This document shows positions 10,798 through 20,965 of a stretch of 64,000 nt of DNA, piece by piece; positions within the stretch are counted from its first letter, which is position 1; every line of letters starts with the position of its first letter. Location: assembly GCA_965197745.1 (NCBI GenBank), contig CBDANS010000007.1:1280001-1344000 (forward strand), read 5' to 3'. The position numbers were made by a program, and so were the translations under genes. The notes beneath the pieces were generated by a model. The model had not been told where the DNA came from. It saw only the letters and a program-made list of their open reading frames with translations, and searched no databases. Source of the DNA: Opitutales bacterium (GTDB lineage: Bacteria; Verrucomicrobiota; Verrucomicrobiia; Opitutales; PNEW01).

Positions 10798-11538
10798 TCA
10801 CTGACCTTGAATTTTGTTAATCAGTCCGGCTAAATGATCATAATGTGAACCTTGCCAGTAAATATTCTCACAGCTTTCACAGCGTGCGAATGAATCGTAA
10901 TATTGCCTGGTTAATGGTTCCAGTTGGTTCAGGATCTCTGATTTATCAACGGGTTGCAGTAGCCCATTACAATTCAGACAATGGGAAAAGGGATTAATGG
11001 CGTTATCCAATCCAAATCGTTGAATAACTTCGAGGAGCTGATCTATGGGTTGGTCAGAGCGTGGGCAATACCCGTGACGGACAACTTTATGCATAAGAAG
11101 ACGACGGTCGCGAGTAAGAAGGGCGCGCTCTTCAGCTTGCATAATGTTCAATATTGCGGAGTCATCAGCATTTGCGGAGTAGGCAACATCAAAGCCAAGC
11201 AAGCGAAGGTAACGCGTTAGTTTTCCGAGATGGCCATCAGCGATGAAACGGTGATCATCTAATGGTCTTTTCTGTAAGTGACACGCGTTTTCAAAAGAAT
11301 GATCAGGGAGCACGGGGTAGACTTCAATTCTGTCTTCTTCCAAAAGATGGTAATGAAAATCAACCCCCATACCATTTATTAGAATAACGTCTACTTCAGG
11401 GTGAGGGACACCACATGATTCAATTAAATCTTTAATTGAAGTCGTACCCTTTAGGTAATAAGAGAATCGCTTATTATGATGATCGCGATTCAGAAAAACA
11501 TTCAACCCTTCATAAAATCTGAGCGTTACCTTCATCAT
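10798..11538 (-). CDS. Mut7-C RNase (PIN fold) with N-terminal ubiquitin-like domain and Zn ribbon
   Basis: SIKDLIESCGVPHPEV (Ub-Mut7C), FIADGHLGKLTRYLRLLGFD, LLTRDR, CxxC..CxxC, YWQGSH; start at MMKVTL. Confidence 0.9.
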   Translation of the reverse strand: MMKVTLRFYEGLNVFLNRDHHNKRFSYYLKGTTSIKDLIESCGVPHPEVDVILINGMGVDFHYHLLEEDRIEVYPVLPDHSFENACHLQKRPLDDHRFIADGHLGKLTRYLRLLGFDVAYSANADDSAILNIMQAEERALLTRDRRLLMHKVVRHGYCPRSDQPIDQLLEVIQRFGLDNAINPFSHCLNCNGLLQPVDKSEILNQLEPLTRQYYDSFARCESCENIYWQGSHYDHLAGLINKIQGQ

Positions 11539-11567
11539 CTTATGCGCACTGATCATTCCTTGCGAAA
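11521..11567. repeat. 47-bp direct repeat, copy 1 (partner at 15433..15479)
   Basis: gagcgttaccttcatcatcttatgcgcactgatcattccttgcgaaa; 2 mismatches to copy 2. Confidence 0.9.
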
Positions 11568-11730
11568 TCCTCAAAAGCTTTCATCTCCAAGGGAATCTAT
11601 CTTGCTGGCACCTTTGGGATGAATACAGTTGCAATAGTTTAAGCTGCAAGCAGTTATAATCCAAGCAAGTGACAAAAATATTTGCGATTACAAGTCCCGG
11701 ATAATTGTTAAAGAGACGGTAGGGTGAATA

Positions 11731-13692
11731 TTAAACGAGGGCAGCGTCGGCAATAATTTCTATTAATACTGGGCCAGACTTTTCAATAGCTTTTTCCAAT
11801 GCTCCATCAAGCTCTTCTTTTTTTGTTACCCTTATTCCCAGTGCTCCACATCCTTGAGCATACTCGGCGAATTTAGGATTCTGAAGATCCGTTTTCCATA
11901 CAGTGAACTGTCCGGCACGTTGTTCTTTTGATATTTTTCCCAATTCGAAGTTGTTTAATAAAACGATATTAATGTTCATATTGTATTTAACCGTTGTCAC
12001 TATTTCAGCGAGGTATTGACAAAGTCCTCCATCACCGCAGACCACCCAAACGGGGCGGTCGGGCGCTGCTGATATTGCCCCTAGCGCTGCGGGTAAACCA
12101 AATCCTATCGATCCGAGATAACCGCTCATGAGTATCGCTTGCTTGCCGCTCGCTTCGAAATAACGGCCGAAGGAGTAGGCATTATTTCCTACATCGACAG
12201 AAATGATGGCGTTGTCCTGGACATGGCGGTTTAGGGCATCAAAGATGGCCGCCGAACTAACTCCCTTCCCTCGGTCATCTTGCCAGCGGCGCTTCTTTTC
12301 CGTTCTCCAGATTTTCCAGCGCTCAGCCACTTCATCTTCAATCTTACCTTCAGGTTGGTAGTCCTTGAGCGCCTGTTTTAAAAGATTTACAGTGACACTG
12401 ATTTCACCCCATACAGGGATATCGATTTTATGGAATTTGGCCAATTGCATGGCTTCAAAATCAATTTGGATTAGTGGCGTTTTAGGCGTAATCCCTGTAT
12501 GCTTGGAGAATGAAGCTCCAATAACGACAAGCAGGTCACTTTCATTCATAAACCAGCTTGCTACAGGAGTCCCACTACGCCCAAGAACACCACCGGCAAG
12601 TGGATGTCGATCGGATATAATACCCTTACCCTTAAAAGTTGTGAGGACCGGTGCTTTCAGTTGATTAGCTAAATCAATAATGTCGGGCATATCAAAACGA
12701 GCACCATGTCCTACGATAATTACCGGTCGTTTACTATCACTGATTTTTTTAACTGCAGCGTCGAGTGACTCTTGAGGGGGTGCAATAGTCAGTGGAGTTA
12801 TCCGCCCTTCCGGATTCCCTGCCTCGGGTTCGATTCCGACTTCAATTTCCTGCACCTCATTGGGCAATATGATTGTGGCCACTTCACGTTTAAGGAGTGC
12901 GTTCTTTACAGCCAGATTGGTTAGTTCTGCATGCCGGCTTGTATGAAGCATTGTTTGTACCCAGGTGGAAACATCACTGAAAGCATTAGCGAGATCTATC
13001 TCCTGGAACGCGCCGGGGCCGAGAACCTGGGTATCCACCTGTCCCGTTAATGCGATTACCGGAGAGCGATCAACTTTCGCGTCGTAGAGACCGGTAAGGA
13101 GATTAGTGGCACCGGGTCCGGCAATCGTAAAACATGCTGCGGGTTTACCAGTAAGTTTTCCGTAGGCAGAACAGGCGAAAGCAGCGGCCCCTTCGTGACG
13201 AATGCCAATAAACTGAATATTACCTTTCTCTTCCTGACGGCGTAGCGCATCAGCCATGCCGAGATTAGAGTGTCCAACCATGCCGAATACGTGGCTGATG
13301 CCCCAATTGACTAAAGTTTCTGCGATCAAATCCGACACGGTGCGGACATTAGGCGCCTCTTCCTCGATTCCTACATAAATCCCATCTCTCCTCTCTTCAA
13401 TAGGGAATGCGTCAACCCCATCATCATAACCATCATCTGGAGATTTACCGGTTATAGGACAGTAATCCCAGCCGTGCCAGGGACAGCGGAGCAAACCATT
13501 TTCAATAGATCCTTCACCGAGAGGACCTCCCTGGTGAGGGCAGCGATTATCGAGAGCGCCATATTGCCCTTGGTAATGAGAGAGGGCGATACTGGTCTTG
13601 CCCGCCAATACTGTTGTCACGCGACCTTCGGGAAGGCCATCGGCATTCATCACCTTGTACCAGACTAACTGCTTGCCGTCACCTTATGCCAT
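11731..13692 (-). CDS. Rieske [2Fe-2S]-fused thiamine-pyrophosphate enzyme (pyruvate oxidase/acetolactate synthase family); in-frame TAA at codon 3 of the probable true start
   Basis: CPHQG..CPWH Rieske motif; RHEGAAAF; GDGG..NN TPP motif; upstream ATG GCA TAA GGT..TGG TAC AAG GTG is in frame. Confidence 0.85.
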
Positions 13693-13761
13693 CTTTGATT
13701 ATAATTAATTTGAGGATTGTTTCAAAGAGAAGCGAATGGGGGTGACTCTATTATCTCAGTT

Positions 13762-15387
13762 TCATCTTTCATGAGATAATGCCGTTACACCTGCATAGGG
13801 AATGCCTGTCAGGTAAGCCATGTCCCGATTAAAAGTGGAGAGATCGTCGATACATAACTGATTGAGATGATTGTGTCCGCAAGCGCGTGCCATCACTTTA
13901 AGTAGTTCGGTGCTCGCTTCAAAGAAGTTTTTTAGTTGAAGAGCGGATTTTTGAACATTGAGTCGTGCACGCAGATGATCTTTCTGTGTGGTTATACCAA
14001 CGGGACAATTATTGGTATGACAGGCACGCATCGCGATACAGCCAATGGCCTGAATAGCAGAATTTGCGAGCGCTATACCGTCAGCCCCTAATGCCATGGC
14101 TTTAATGAAGTCAGGTGCTGTGCGGAGGCCACCGGTAACAATGAGTGTAACTCCACGAGCTTCACGTTTATCCAGATGCCTGCGAGCACGAGCTAATGCC
14201 GGAATGGTTGGAACCGAGATATGATCGCGGAAGATAAGAGGAGCGGCACCGGTCGCGCCCCCACGACCATCGATAATAATGTAATCGGCATCGGCTGCGA
14301 GGGCGAAATCGATATCGTCTTCAATATGCTGCGCGCTCATTTTAAAACCGATGGGTATGCCATTTGAAATATCACGGACACGATTGCCGAATTTTCTGAA
14401 AGCTTCGACGGAATCGAGATCACGAAATCGCGGAGGTGAAATCGCCGGTGTCCCTTCAGGAAGGTCGCGAACCTGGGCAATACGGCTGCTGACTTTTCTA
14501 CCCGGTAGATGACCTCCTGTGCCGGTTTTTGCGCCTTGCCCACCTTTAAAGTGAAAAGCTTGGACCTTGCATAATAACTCATCTTTAAATCCAAACTTTG
14601 CGCTCGCTAATTCGTAAAGATAGCGGCTGTTTTCTTCCTGCTCCTCAGGTAGCATCCCTCCTTCCCCTGAGCATATTCCAACACCAGCCATTTCAGCACC
14701 TTTGGATAGTGAAATCTTAGCCTCTGCGGAGAGCGCACCAAAACTCATATCCGAGACAAACAGAGGGAGCTTCATAACAAGCGGTCGTTTAGCTCGTGGA
14801 CCTACCACAAGCTCGGTGCCCACTTCATCTTCATCAAAAAGAGGGAGGCATTTTAATTGTCCTGTTAATATCTGAATATCTTCCCATTTGGGTAGATCTG
14901 AACGAGGTACCCCCATTGCTGAAGTGGGACCGTGGTGTCCCGTCTTAGACAGGCCAAACTTGGCAAGTTCCTGGATTTCCTCAGTATAAGGTTCATAAGG
15001 TGTACCGTGAACATCGGCATAAAGGCCGAGGTAATCGTCGCGATTATAGGGTTGAGGATGCTCCTTTGCCCAGCTGGCAAGTTCATCAGCATCGACCAGC
15101 ACTTCATCATTTTCTATAAAAGTGGCAAACTTTTGTAGGGCTTCATCGTTATCGTATTCACTTACACCGGTGTCATAGCGATAGTCCCAATTGTGAACAG
15201 AGCAGACAAGATTCTGTCCATCGATATGTCCGTCTGAGAGTAACGCACCACGGTGGAGGCAGCGTCCGAAGAGGACCGAGACTTCATCACCATATTTGAT
15301 GAGCACAAGATCAACATTTTCTTCCAGGGCATAGGTAGGATTGAGTTCTTTAAGTTCAGAAAATATAGCAACTTTGGTCTTCCTCAT
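13762..15387 (-). CDS. Rieske-fused FMN-binding glutamate synthase domain protein
   Basis: CLHRG..CSVH Rieske motif; MSFGALS, SGEGG, GQGAK.G.GGHL, CxxxRxCHTNNCPVG. Confidence 0.9.
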   Translation of the reverse strand: MRKTKVAIFSELKELNPTYALEENVDLVLIKYGDEVSVLFGRCLHRGALLSDGHIDGQNLVCSVHNWDYRYDTGVSEYDNDEALQKFATFIENDEVLVDADELASWAKEHPQPYNRDDYLGLYADVHGTPYEPYTEEIQELAKFGLSKTGHHGPTSAMGVPRSDLPKWEDIQILTGQLKCLPLFDEDEVGTELVVGPRAKRPLVMKLPLFVSDMSFGALSAEAKISLSKGAEMAGVGICSGEGGMLPEEQEENSRYLYELASAKFGFKDELLCKVQAFHFKGGQGAKTGTGGHLPGRKVSSRIAQVRDLPEGTPAISPPRFRDLDSVEAFRKFGNRVRDISNGIPIGFKMSAQHIEDDIDFALAADADYIIIDGRGGATGAAPLIFRDHISVPTIPALARARRHLDKREARGVTLIVTGGLRTAPDFIKAMALGADGIALANSAIQAIGCIAMRACHTNNCPVGITTQKDHLRARLNVQKSALQLKNFFEASTELLKVMARACGHNHLNQLCIDDLSTFNRDMAYLTGIPYAGVTALSHER

Positions 15388-15432
15388 ATAAGTATATCCT
15401 GATAAACGTTAACGCATTTATGAACTTTAAGA

Positions 15433-15479
15433 GAGCGTTACCTTCATCATCTCATGCGCACTAATCATTCCTTGCGAAA
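15433..15479. repeat. 47-bp direct repeat, copy 2
   Basis: gagcgttaccttcatcatctcatgcgcactaatcattccttgcgaaa; covers the PAC2 stop codon and a copy of the Mut7-C start codons. Confidence 0.9.
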
Positions 15480-16394
15480 GAGGCTGAGGAAGCGGTCTTC
15501 GTAAAGGTCATAGAGATTCCAACGATCCAGTTCTTCCTTTAACTGGGACGCTTTTTCTTTTGAGCGTTTAATTTTTACTTCCCGAAAGAGGCGCTCGATT
15601 TTTTCCATCACGTATTGGGGGATTTTATCTTCTTCAATTTCTTCTTTGTCCTCGAACATTTCGCTGCTCGAAAAGGTCTTCTGAATTTTTTCTTCAATTT
15701 CAGTCATCGTCTGGCCCATCTGCTCGACGGCTTCATTGAGGTTAGTTAAATCGACGTGGATATTGAGGAGGGATTCTAATACGCGGATAATTTCCCGTGA
15801 GGCTTTAGGATTAGGAATATTTACGGCGTACTGGGGCATGGTAGCGAGAAAACAGGCAGCTTCGATGTCTCTGAGGCCGGCGAATCCGAGTAAAAGTCCG
15901 TTGAGCCCTGAGATCTGTCCCTGATCAAGAATTTCAACGTCATGGGGGATAAAGAGATCTTTTAAAGAATGCTTATTGGCTACTCCATAGACTTTGACCG
16001 GTTCTTTCTGGCTGATGGGCATGGCAAAAGCGGCCCCGGTATAAATTGTTTTCACTCCCAGTTCTTCAGCCAGGTCCAGCACCTGCTTCATTAAAACGAT
16101 TCCTCCTGCTCCTCCAATTTGAGCTTCACTTTCAAATATGATCAGGCTGGGGTCTGGTATATAATAAAAGGCATTGGATGGTATTTCAGGTAATTTAGCC
16201 AGACCCTCTTCTACGACTACGGATTCAGGAGTAAAATATTCACTCATATCCAATTCAGCAAAAGGCTTGGCCTTCAGTTTTCGACGAAGATAACTGATGG
16301 CCCCAGCGCCTACGCTTCCCATTCCCGGCCAACCTGCCAGGAGTACCGGGGATATGAGTTCATGCTTGATGCTCCGGAAGATCTTCAGATTCAT
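15465..16394 (-). CDS. PAC2 family (proteasome assembly chaperone-like) protein
   Basis: LLAGWPGMGSVG, ISGLNGLLLG, PNPKAS motifs. Confidence 0.85.
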   Translation of the reverse strand: MNLKIFRSIKHELISPVLLAGWPGMGSVGAGAISYLRRKLKAKPFAELDMSEYFTPESVVVEEGLAKLPEIPSNAFYYIPDPSLIIFESEAQIGGAGGIVLMKQVLDLAEELGVKTIYTGAAFAMPISQKEPVKVYGVANKHSLKDLFIPHDVEILDQGQISGLNGLLLGFAGLRDIEAACFLATMPQYAVNIPNPKASREIIRVLESLLNIHVDLTNLNEAVEQMGQTMTEIEEKIQKTFSSSEMFEDKEEIEEDKIPQYVMEKIERLFREVKIKRSKEKASQLKEELDRWNLYDLYEDRFLSLFRKE

Positions 16395-16524
16395 TGATGA
16401 TCACCTTTTCTTTTTTCGCAACGGAGTGTGTGATTATGCGTCATTGAAAGAGGGCGCCAATGGGACGAAAGCGGTTAATCTTTTAGCAATAAATCACCCA
16501 TCGTTATATGAATTTCGAATATTA

Positions 16525-16924
16525 CTAGTCCTTCCAGTTGGTATATTTTTTCTTGCGAATGGAGAGCAGCGTGGATTCTTCCGTTGTGTCGACCAGTTTT
16601 TGAGTGGTGCGTTCCAATCTTGTTGCCAGAGTCTTGATTATTTTTAAGCCGATATCCGGATTGGCACTAATCATTTCTTTCATATCATCCTCTTTGATAT
16701 GGATAATCTTGCTCGGCTTCTTTGCCACCACCAAGCAGGTCCGTGGTTTTCCCAGAAAGTCGCCCATCTCTCCAAAAAAAGTGCCCGGGTGTATAGATCA
16801 CACTGAGCAAAACTTCATCTTTGATGACTTCGACCGCTCCGGATTGGAGAATAAAGAATCCTTGGCCTAGTTCTCCCTGATTAATAATTTTTTGGCCTCT
16901 TTGAACTTCAATGATCTCTTCCAT
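16525..16924 (-). pseudogene. Cyclic-nucleotide-binding domain protein, frameshifted near 16788
   Basis: IINQGE..GFFILQSGAVEV continues as PGTFFGEM..KPRT in another frame; one extra base. Confidence 0.8.
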
Positions 16925-17104
16925 GTTTATTATGGTTCTTTAAGATTTTATTAGAAAAAGATATTGCAATCTCAGTTACGTTGACAACGAAATACCTTTT
17001 AGCAATCTGCAAAATGAGAATTTACCCAATTATTACTATAATTTAATTTTTTATTTGGAAAAAGATATCTGTATTTCTAATTATTATTTCGAAATATTCT
17101 AGGA

Positions 17105-17566
17105 ATGAAAAGGCATAGAATACGAGCATTCACGCTTGTGGAAATGATGGTCGTCGTCGTGATCGTGGGGATACTTGCTACGCTTGCCATACCTTATTTG
17201 CGGAGGGTTCGAGAGTCAGCCCAGAATAGTTATCTCATGAATAATTGGCGTATTTTTTCAGATGCATTTGAACAATATGCCCAGGCCGAAGGCGTTTATC
17301 CTCCCGATGCTAATCGAGGGGTAATTCCAAATGGCATGAATGATTCCCTGAGTAATACGGTTTGGACCGAAACGACCCCGGTAAATGGTAATTGGGATTG
17401 GGATGTTGGCGTCTTCGGATTCAACGCGGGAGTCAGTATCGTGGACACCAATTTGTCAACTATCCAAATGCAGCAAATTGATTCCACCATCGACGATGAT
17501 GACTTAAGCACAGGATTATTTCAACGAGTGGCAGCGACGCGCTATACATTAATATTGCAACCATAA
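17105..17566 (+). CDS. Type IV pilin/T2SS pseudopilin-like protein
   Basis: Prepilin cleavage/methylation motif RAFTLVEMMVVVVIVGILA. Confidence 0.88.
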   Translation: MKRHRIRAFTLVEMMVVVVIVGILATLAIPYLRRVRESAQNSYLMNNWRIFSDAFEQYAQAEGVYPPDANRGVIPNGMNDSLSNTVWTETTPVNGNWDWDVGVFGFNAGVSIVDTNLSTIQMQQIDSTIDDDDLSTGLFQRVAATRYTLILQP

Positions 17567-17733
17567 TGCAATGATAACAGCGGAGTCGCAGATGACGCTG
17601 CGGAAGAATAGCCACAAGATGCACTAAAGGCACAAATAGATTTAAAATAGGAAGATCGGGATGAATGGACAGCGTTCAATAATTAATTGTTCTCAAGTGG
17701 TGAAATTGATCTGATCAAGATTTCTCACTCTCT

Positions 17734-17800
17734 TGTCATTGCGAGAGAGGCTATCAGCCGACCGCGGTTACCGAGCGCAGCGACATCTTCCATTTCAGGC
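17734..17800 (+). repeat. TGTCATTGCGAG-family REP-like arm carrying a 23-bp micro-insert (17769..17791)
   Basis: Matches the uninterrupted arm at 25657 except for TACCGAGCGCAGCGACATCTTCC. Confidence 0.7.
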
Positions 17801-18064
17801 GAATTATCATTGTGCTTACGAAAACCAGCATCCACATACTCTGCGCACTCAACGCCTCTGCGGTGATACTAAAGAATTAACCCGAAGACGCGGTAACACA
17901 GGGGAAGAGGATTTATGTGGTAACAGTTCAATATGCCTTAAATCGGTTATATAATAAAATTGCTGGAGGTTGACTATTTTAGCTAGAATGTAATTTGTGC
18001 TAATGAAGTTTATTTTTCATTTATTTTATTAATTCATTTAGACGGAAGACAGATATAAAATTAA

Positions 18065-19432
18065 ATGAAAGTTTTATTCCCATTTATTGCGCTGATGCTT
18101 TTCATCGTCGCGGTGCATGCTGCTGAAGAAGAGGCGTTATCGGATTTGATAGCGCGAGCGGAAGGCGGAGAGGCCGAGGCTCAATTTCTTCTGGGGATAA
18201 AGTATGAAAAAGGTGATGGTGTTACCTTGAACTTAATCGAGGCCTTTCGGTGGTATCAGGAAGCGGCCGAAGCAGGGTACGCTGCCGCGCAAAACAACCT
18301 GGCATGGATGTACGCCAATGGAAAATTTGTAGCCCGTAATTATGATGAAGCTTTAAAGTGGTATCGTGAGGCAGCCGGACAGGGGGATGTCAGGGGGCAA
18401 ACTACTCTGGGCTGGATGTACGCCAAGGGTCATGGTGTTGTTCAGGATTATAGGGAGGCCTTTAAATGGTACAGTCTGGCCGCTGAACAGGGTTTTGCCG
18501 AAGCCCAGGCTACCCTTGGGCTGATGTATTCCAAGGGCTTTGGGGTCGAACGGGATTATCTTGTAGCGCTCTCGTGGTTTCGGAAGGCTGCGGATCAGGG
18601 ACACGCTCAGTCGCAAACGAACATAGGAGTATTCTATGACCTGGGGCAGGGAGTGGATCAGGATTATGCTGAAGCGGCCAGGTGGTTTCGCAAGGCAGCA
18701 GACCAGGGGCATGCTCAGGCCCAATTCAACCTCGGATTTAAGTACCTCGAAAGCCAGGGGGTCGAACTCAATTATGCCGAGGCGCTTGAGCTGTTTCGTA
18801 AAGCAGCCGCTCAGGAATTTGCCGATGCCCAATATCTTTATGGGTGGATGCATGAAATGGGTCATGGGGTAGATCAAAATTATAGTGAAGCTGTCAGGTG
18901 GTATGACCTCGCGGCCGAACAGGATCACGATCCGGCCCGGGCTGATCTTGAGCGCATTAATAACTGGTATCATCAGATGGCGGAAGAGGGACATACCCCC
19001 AGTCTCCATAATCTTGGTAGTCTGTATTACTATGGATATGGCGTGGAACAGGATTATGTTGAATCGTTTGCGTGGTATCGTAAAGCGGCTGTAGCGGGAC
19101 ATCCCCCCGCACAATATGCTCTTGGGTCAATGTTCAACAGGGGACAGGGTGTGCGCCAAAATTTTAAGAAGGCAGTAAAATGGTACCGCAAAGCAGCTGT
19201 TCAGGGATACTCCCAAGCGCAACAAAATCTCGGTAAATCTTATTCTTATGGCGAAGGTGTTGAGCAGAATTATGTCGAGGCATACACCTGGTTCACAATT
19301 GCGGAAACTTCCGGTGATTCTGTGAGTAGAAGTAAGTTAGTTAGCCTTAAAACATCGATGATAGAGGCGCAAATTTCCGAAGCCCAACGAAAGGCTGAGA
19401 TCTGGCTGACTGAACACGTGAATAGTGAATAG
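18065..19432 (+). CDS. Secreted Sel1-like repeat protein
   Basis: Signal peptide; about ten AQxxLGxMYxxGxGVxxDYxEAxxWYxxAAxQG repeats. Confidence 0.95.
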   Translation: MKVLFPFIALMLFIVAVHAAEEEALSDLIARAEGGEAEAQFLLGIKYEKGDGVTLNLIEAFRWYQEAAEAGYAAAQNNLAWMYANGKFVARNYDEALKWYREAAGQGDVRGQTTLGWMYAKGHGVVQDYREAFKWYSLAAEQGFAEAQATLGLMYSKGFGVERDYLVALSWFRKAADQGHAQSQTNIGVFYDLGQGVDQDYAEAARWFRKAADQGHAQAQFNLGFKYLESQGVELNYAEALELFRKAAAQEFADAQYLYGWMHEMGHGVDQNYSEAVRWYDLAAEQDHDPARADLERINNWYHQMAEEGHTPSLHNLGSLYYYGYGVEQDYVESFAWYRKAAVAGHPPAQYALGSMFNRGQGVRQNFKKAVKWYRKAAVQGYSQAQQNLGKSYSYGEGVEQNYVEAYTWFTIAETSGDSVSRSKLVSLKTSMIEAQISEAQRKAEIWLTEHVNSE

Positions 19433-19874
19433 GATACAAGCTGACATGACTTATCATAAAATACTGCATTCAGTTTTTATTCTATCTTTGTGCGCGATCT
19501 ATAACGCGTGCAGTCCCGGTCAAGTTGTCGACTTTGAACTATCTCAAAGGAGTCTCATCGATCGAATCACCTCCGCCAACGCGCCTTTAATTCTCGATGT
19601 TCGAACTCCTGAAGAATATAGGGCGGGCCACATTCCCGGAGCGATCAATATCCCGCACACAATTTTGGCTGATCGTATCGAGGAATTAAGAGAATATAAT
19701 AATAAAGAAATAGTGGTTCATTGTGAAAGTGGACGTAGGGCAGGTTTGGCAGAGAGTGTCCTTCGTGAGGCAGGTTTTAATAAGATTCTCCATCTACAGG
19801 GCGATATGTCTGCCTGGCGTGAAAGTAATCTCCCTCAGGCTGAGGGATCTCAGCCCGATAAATCTCCAAATTAA
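19425..19874 (+). CDS. Rhodanese-like domain lipoprotein
   Basis: LDVRTPEEYRAGHIPGAINIP, active-site CESGRR; possible lipobox YNAC. Confidence 0.88.
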   Translation: MNRIQADMTYHKILHSVFILSLCAIYNACSPGQVVDFELSQRSLIDRITSANAPLILDVRTPEEYRAGHIPGAINIPHTILADRIEELREYNNKEIVVHCESGRRAGLAESVLREAGFNKILHLQGDMSAWRESNLPQAEGSQPDKSPN

Positions 19875-20045
19875 AACGCTGTTATCGCTTTTTCAGTCCA
19901 ATCACTAATAATATAGGCTATATTACCTATATATAGGGTAAAATACATTTATTTTTGTCTAGATAATACCTCTATTTTTCCTAAAATTGCATAAATCCGT
20001 GGTTGAGAATGTGCATAGTACTATTCTTGCGAGGTATGCAATTGT

Positions 20046-20615
20046 GTGCCTCTTGCGCTGTTTAAAAGAGTGCTCCCTGAAAAGGTTCATTGTGGATGGG
20101 GAGGGTTTGATTGGCGCATGTTAAGAGAAGTGCATAGATTGACATTAGTTGTTAATGTCTGCCTCGTAAGCATTGCCGTTTTTCTAACGGCATGTTCAAC
20201 CGTTACAGTTTCAGAGTCACCTATTCCAACGGCGCCTTTATCGAAAGCACAGGCTAAACTGATGGCCACTGTAATCAGTCAGACTTTTCCGGGTGGCATT
20301 ATAGCACAAGGAAATGGAGAGTCGATGAAACCGATCATGGGTGATAATACGATAGTCATTATTAAACCGGTGCCGGTTAAAGATTTAAAAGAGGGAATGA
20401 TCGTAGCCTACAAAGATAATGAATCCAATCATGTCATCCACCAACTGATTATCAAAATGAATGACAGTGGGGTGGTAAAAGGGTGGAATAATAAAATTGT
20501 AGATGAAGGCTTTGTCACCGAGGACAATTTGGTTGGGGTTATTTTAGGCATGTTATATTACGACCTTGGGACCGAAGCGGTTTCAGATGAACCTGCATAT
20601 TTGCTTAGGAAATAA
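20046..20615 (+). CDS. S24/S26-family peptidase (signal peptidase I-like), probable lipoprotein; start uncertain
   Basis: GESMKP serine motif, VIHQL, KGWNN; LTAC lipobox. Confidence 0.7.
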   Translation: MPLALFKRVLPEKVHCGWGGFDWRMLREVHRLTLVVNVCLVSIAVFLTACSTVTVSESPIPTAPLSKAQAKLMATVISQTFPGGIIAQGNGESMKPIMGDNTIVIIKPVPVKDLKEGMIVAYKDNESNHVIHQLIIKMNDSGVVKGWNNKIVDEGFVTEDNLVGVILGMLYYDLGTEAVSDEPAYLLRK

Positions 20616-20965
20616 AGAAATAGTAACCACGGATGTTGATTTAGAATAGTCGAATGTCAACGGGCTGAAATTGCGATCAAGTACCGTGTATCACCGGATC
20701 TTTTTTCCAACCTGTAATATTTTTAAATATCTATTCTTTTCCTGATTTCCTGAATTCTAAACACCTCAAATGTTTCCTTATATTGTTTCCGCGTCGATCA
20801 GTGCTATCCGCGGTTTATTCTCTCCTAATCCGCAATCTGCATTTGATATATATTAATAAATATTCTCTGCGACCTCAGCGTCTCAGCGGTTACTTTTAAT
20901 ATTCTCTTGTGCCTTTTGTGCTTTTTGTGGCTATCTTTCTTTTTAATTAGATTGAATAGATAGCC

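Noticed and set aside
18353..19114. 253-aa antisense ORF
   Set aside because: Shadow of the Sel1 repeat gene with no recognisable motifs.
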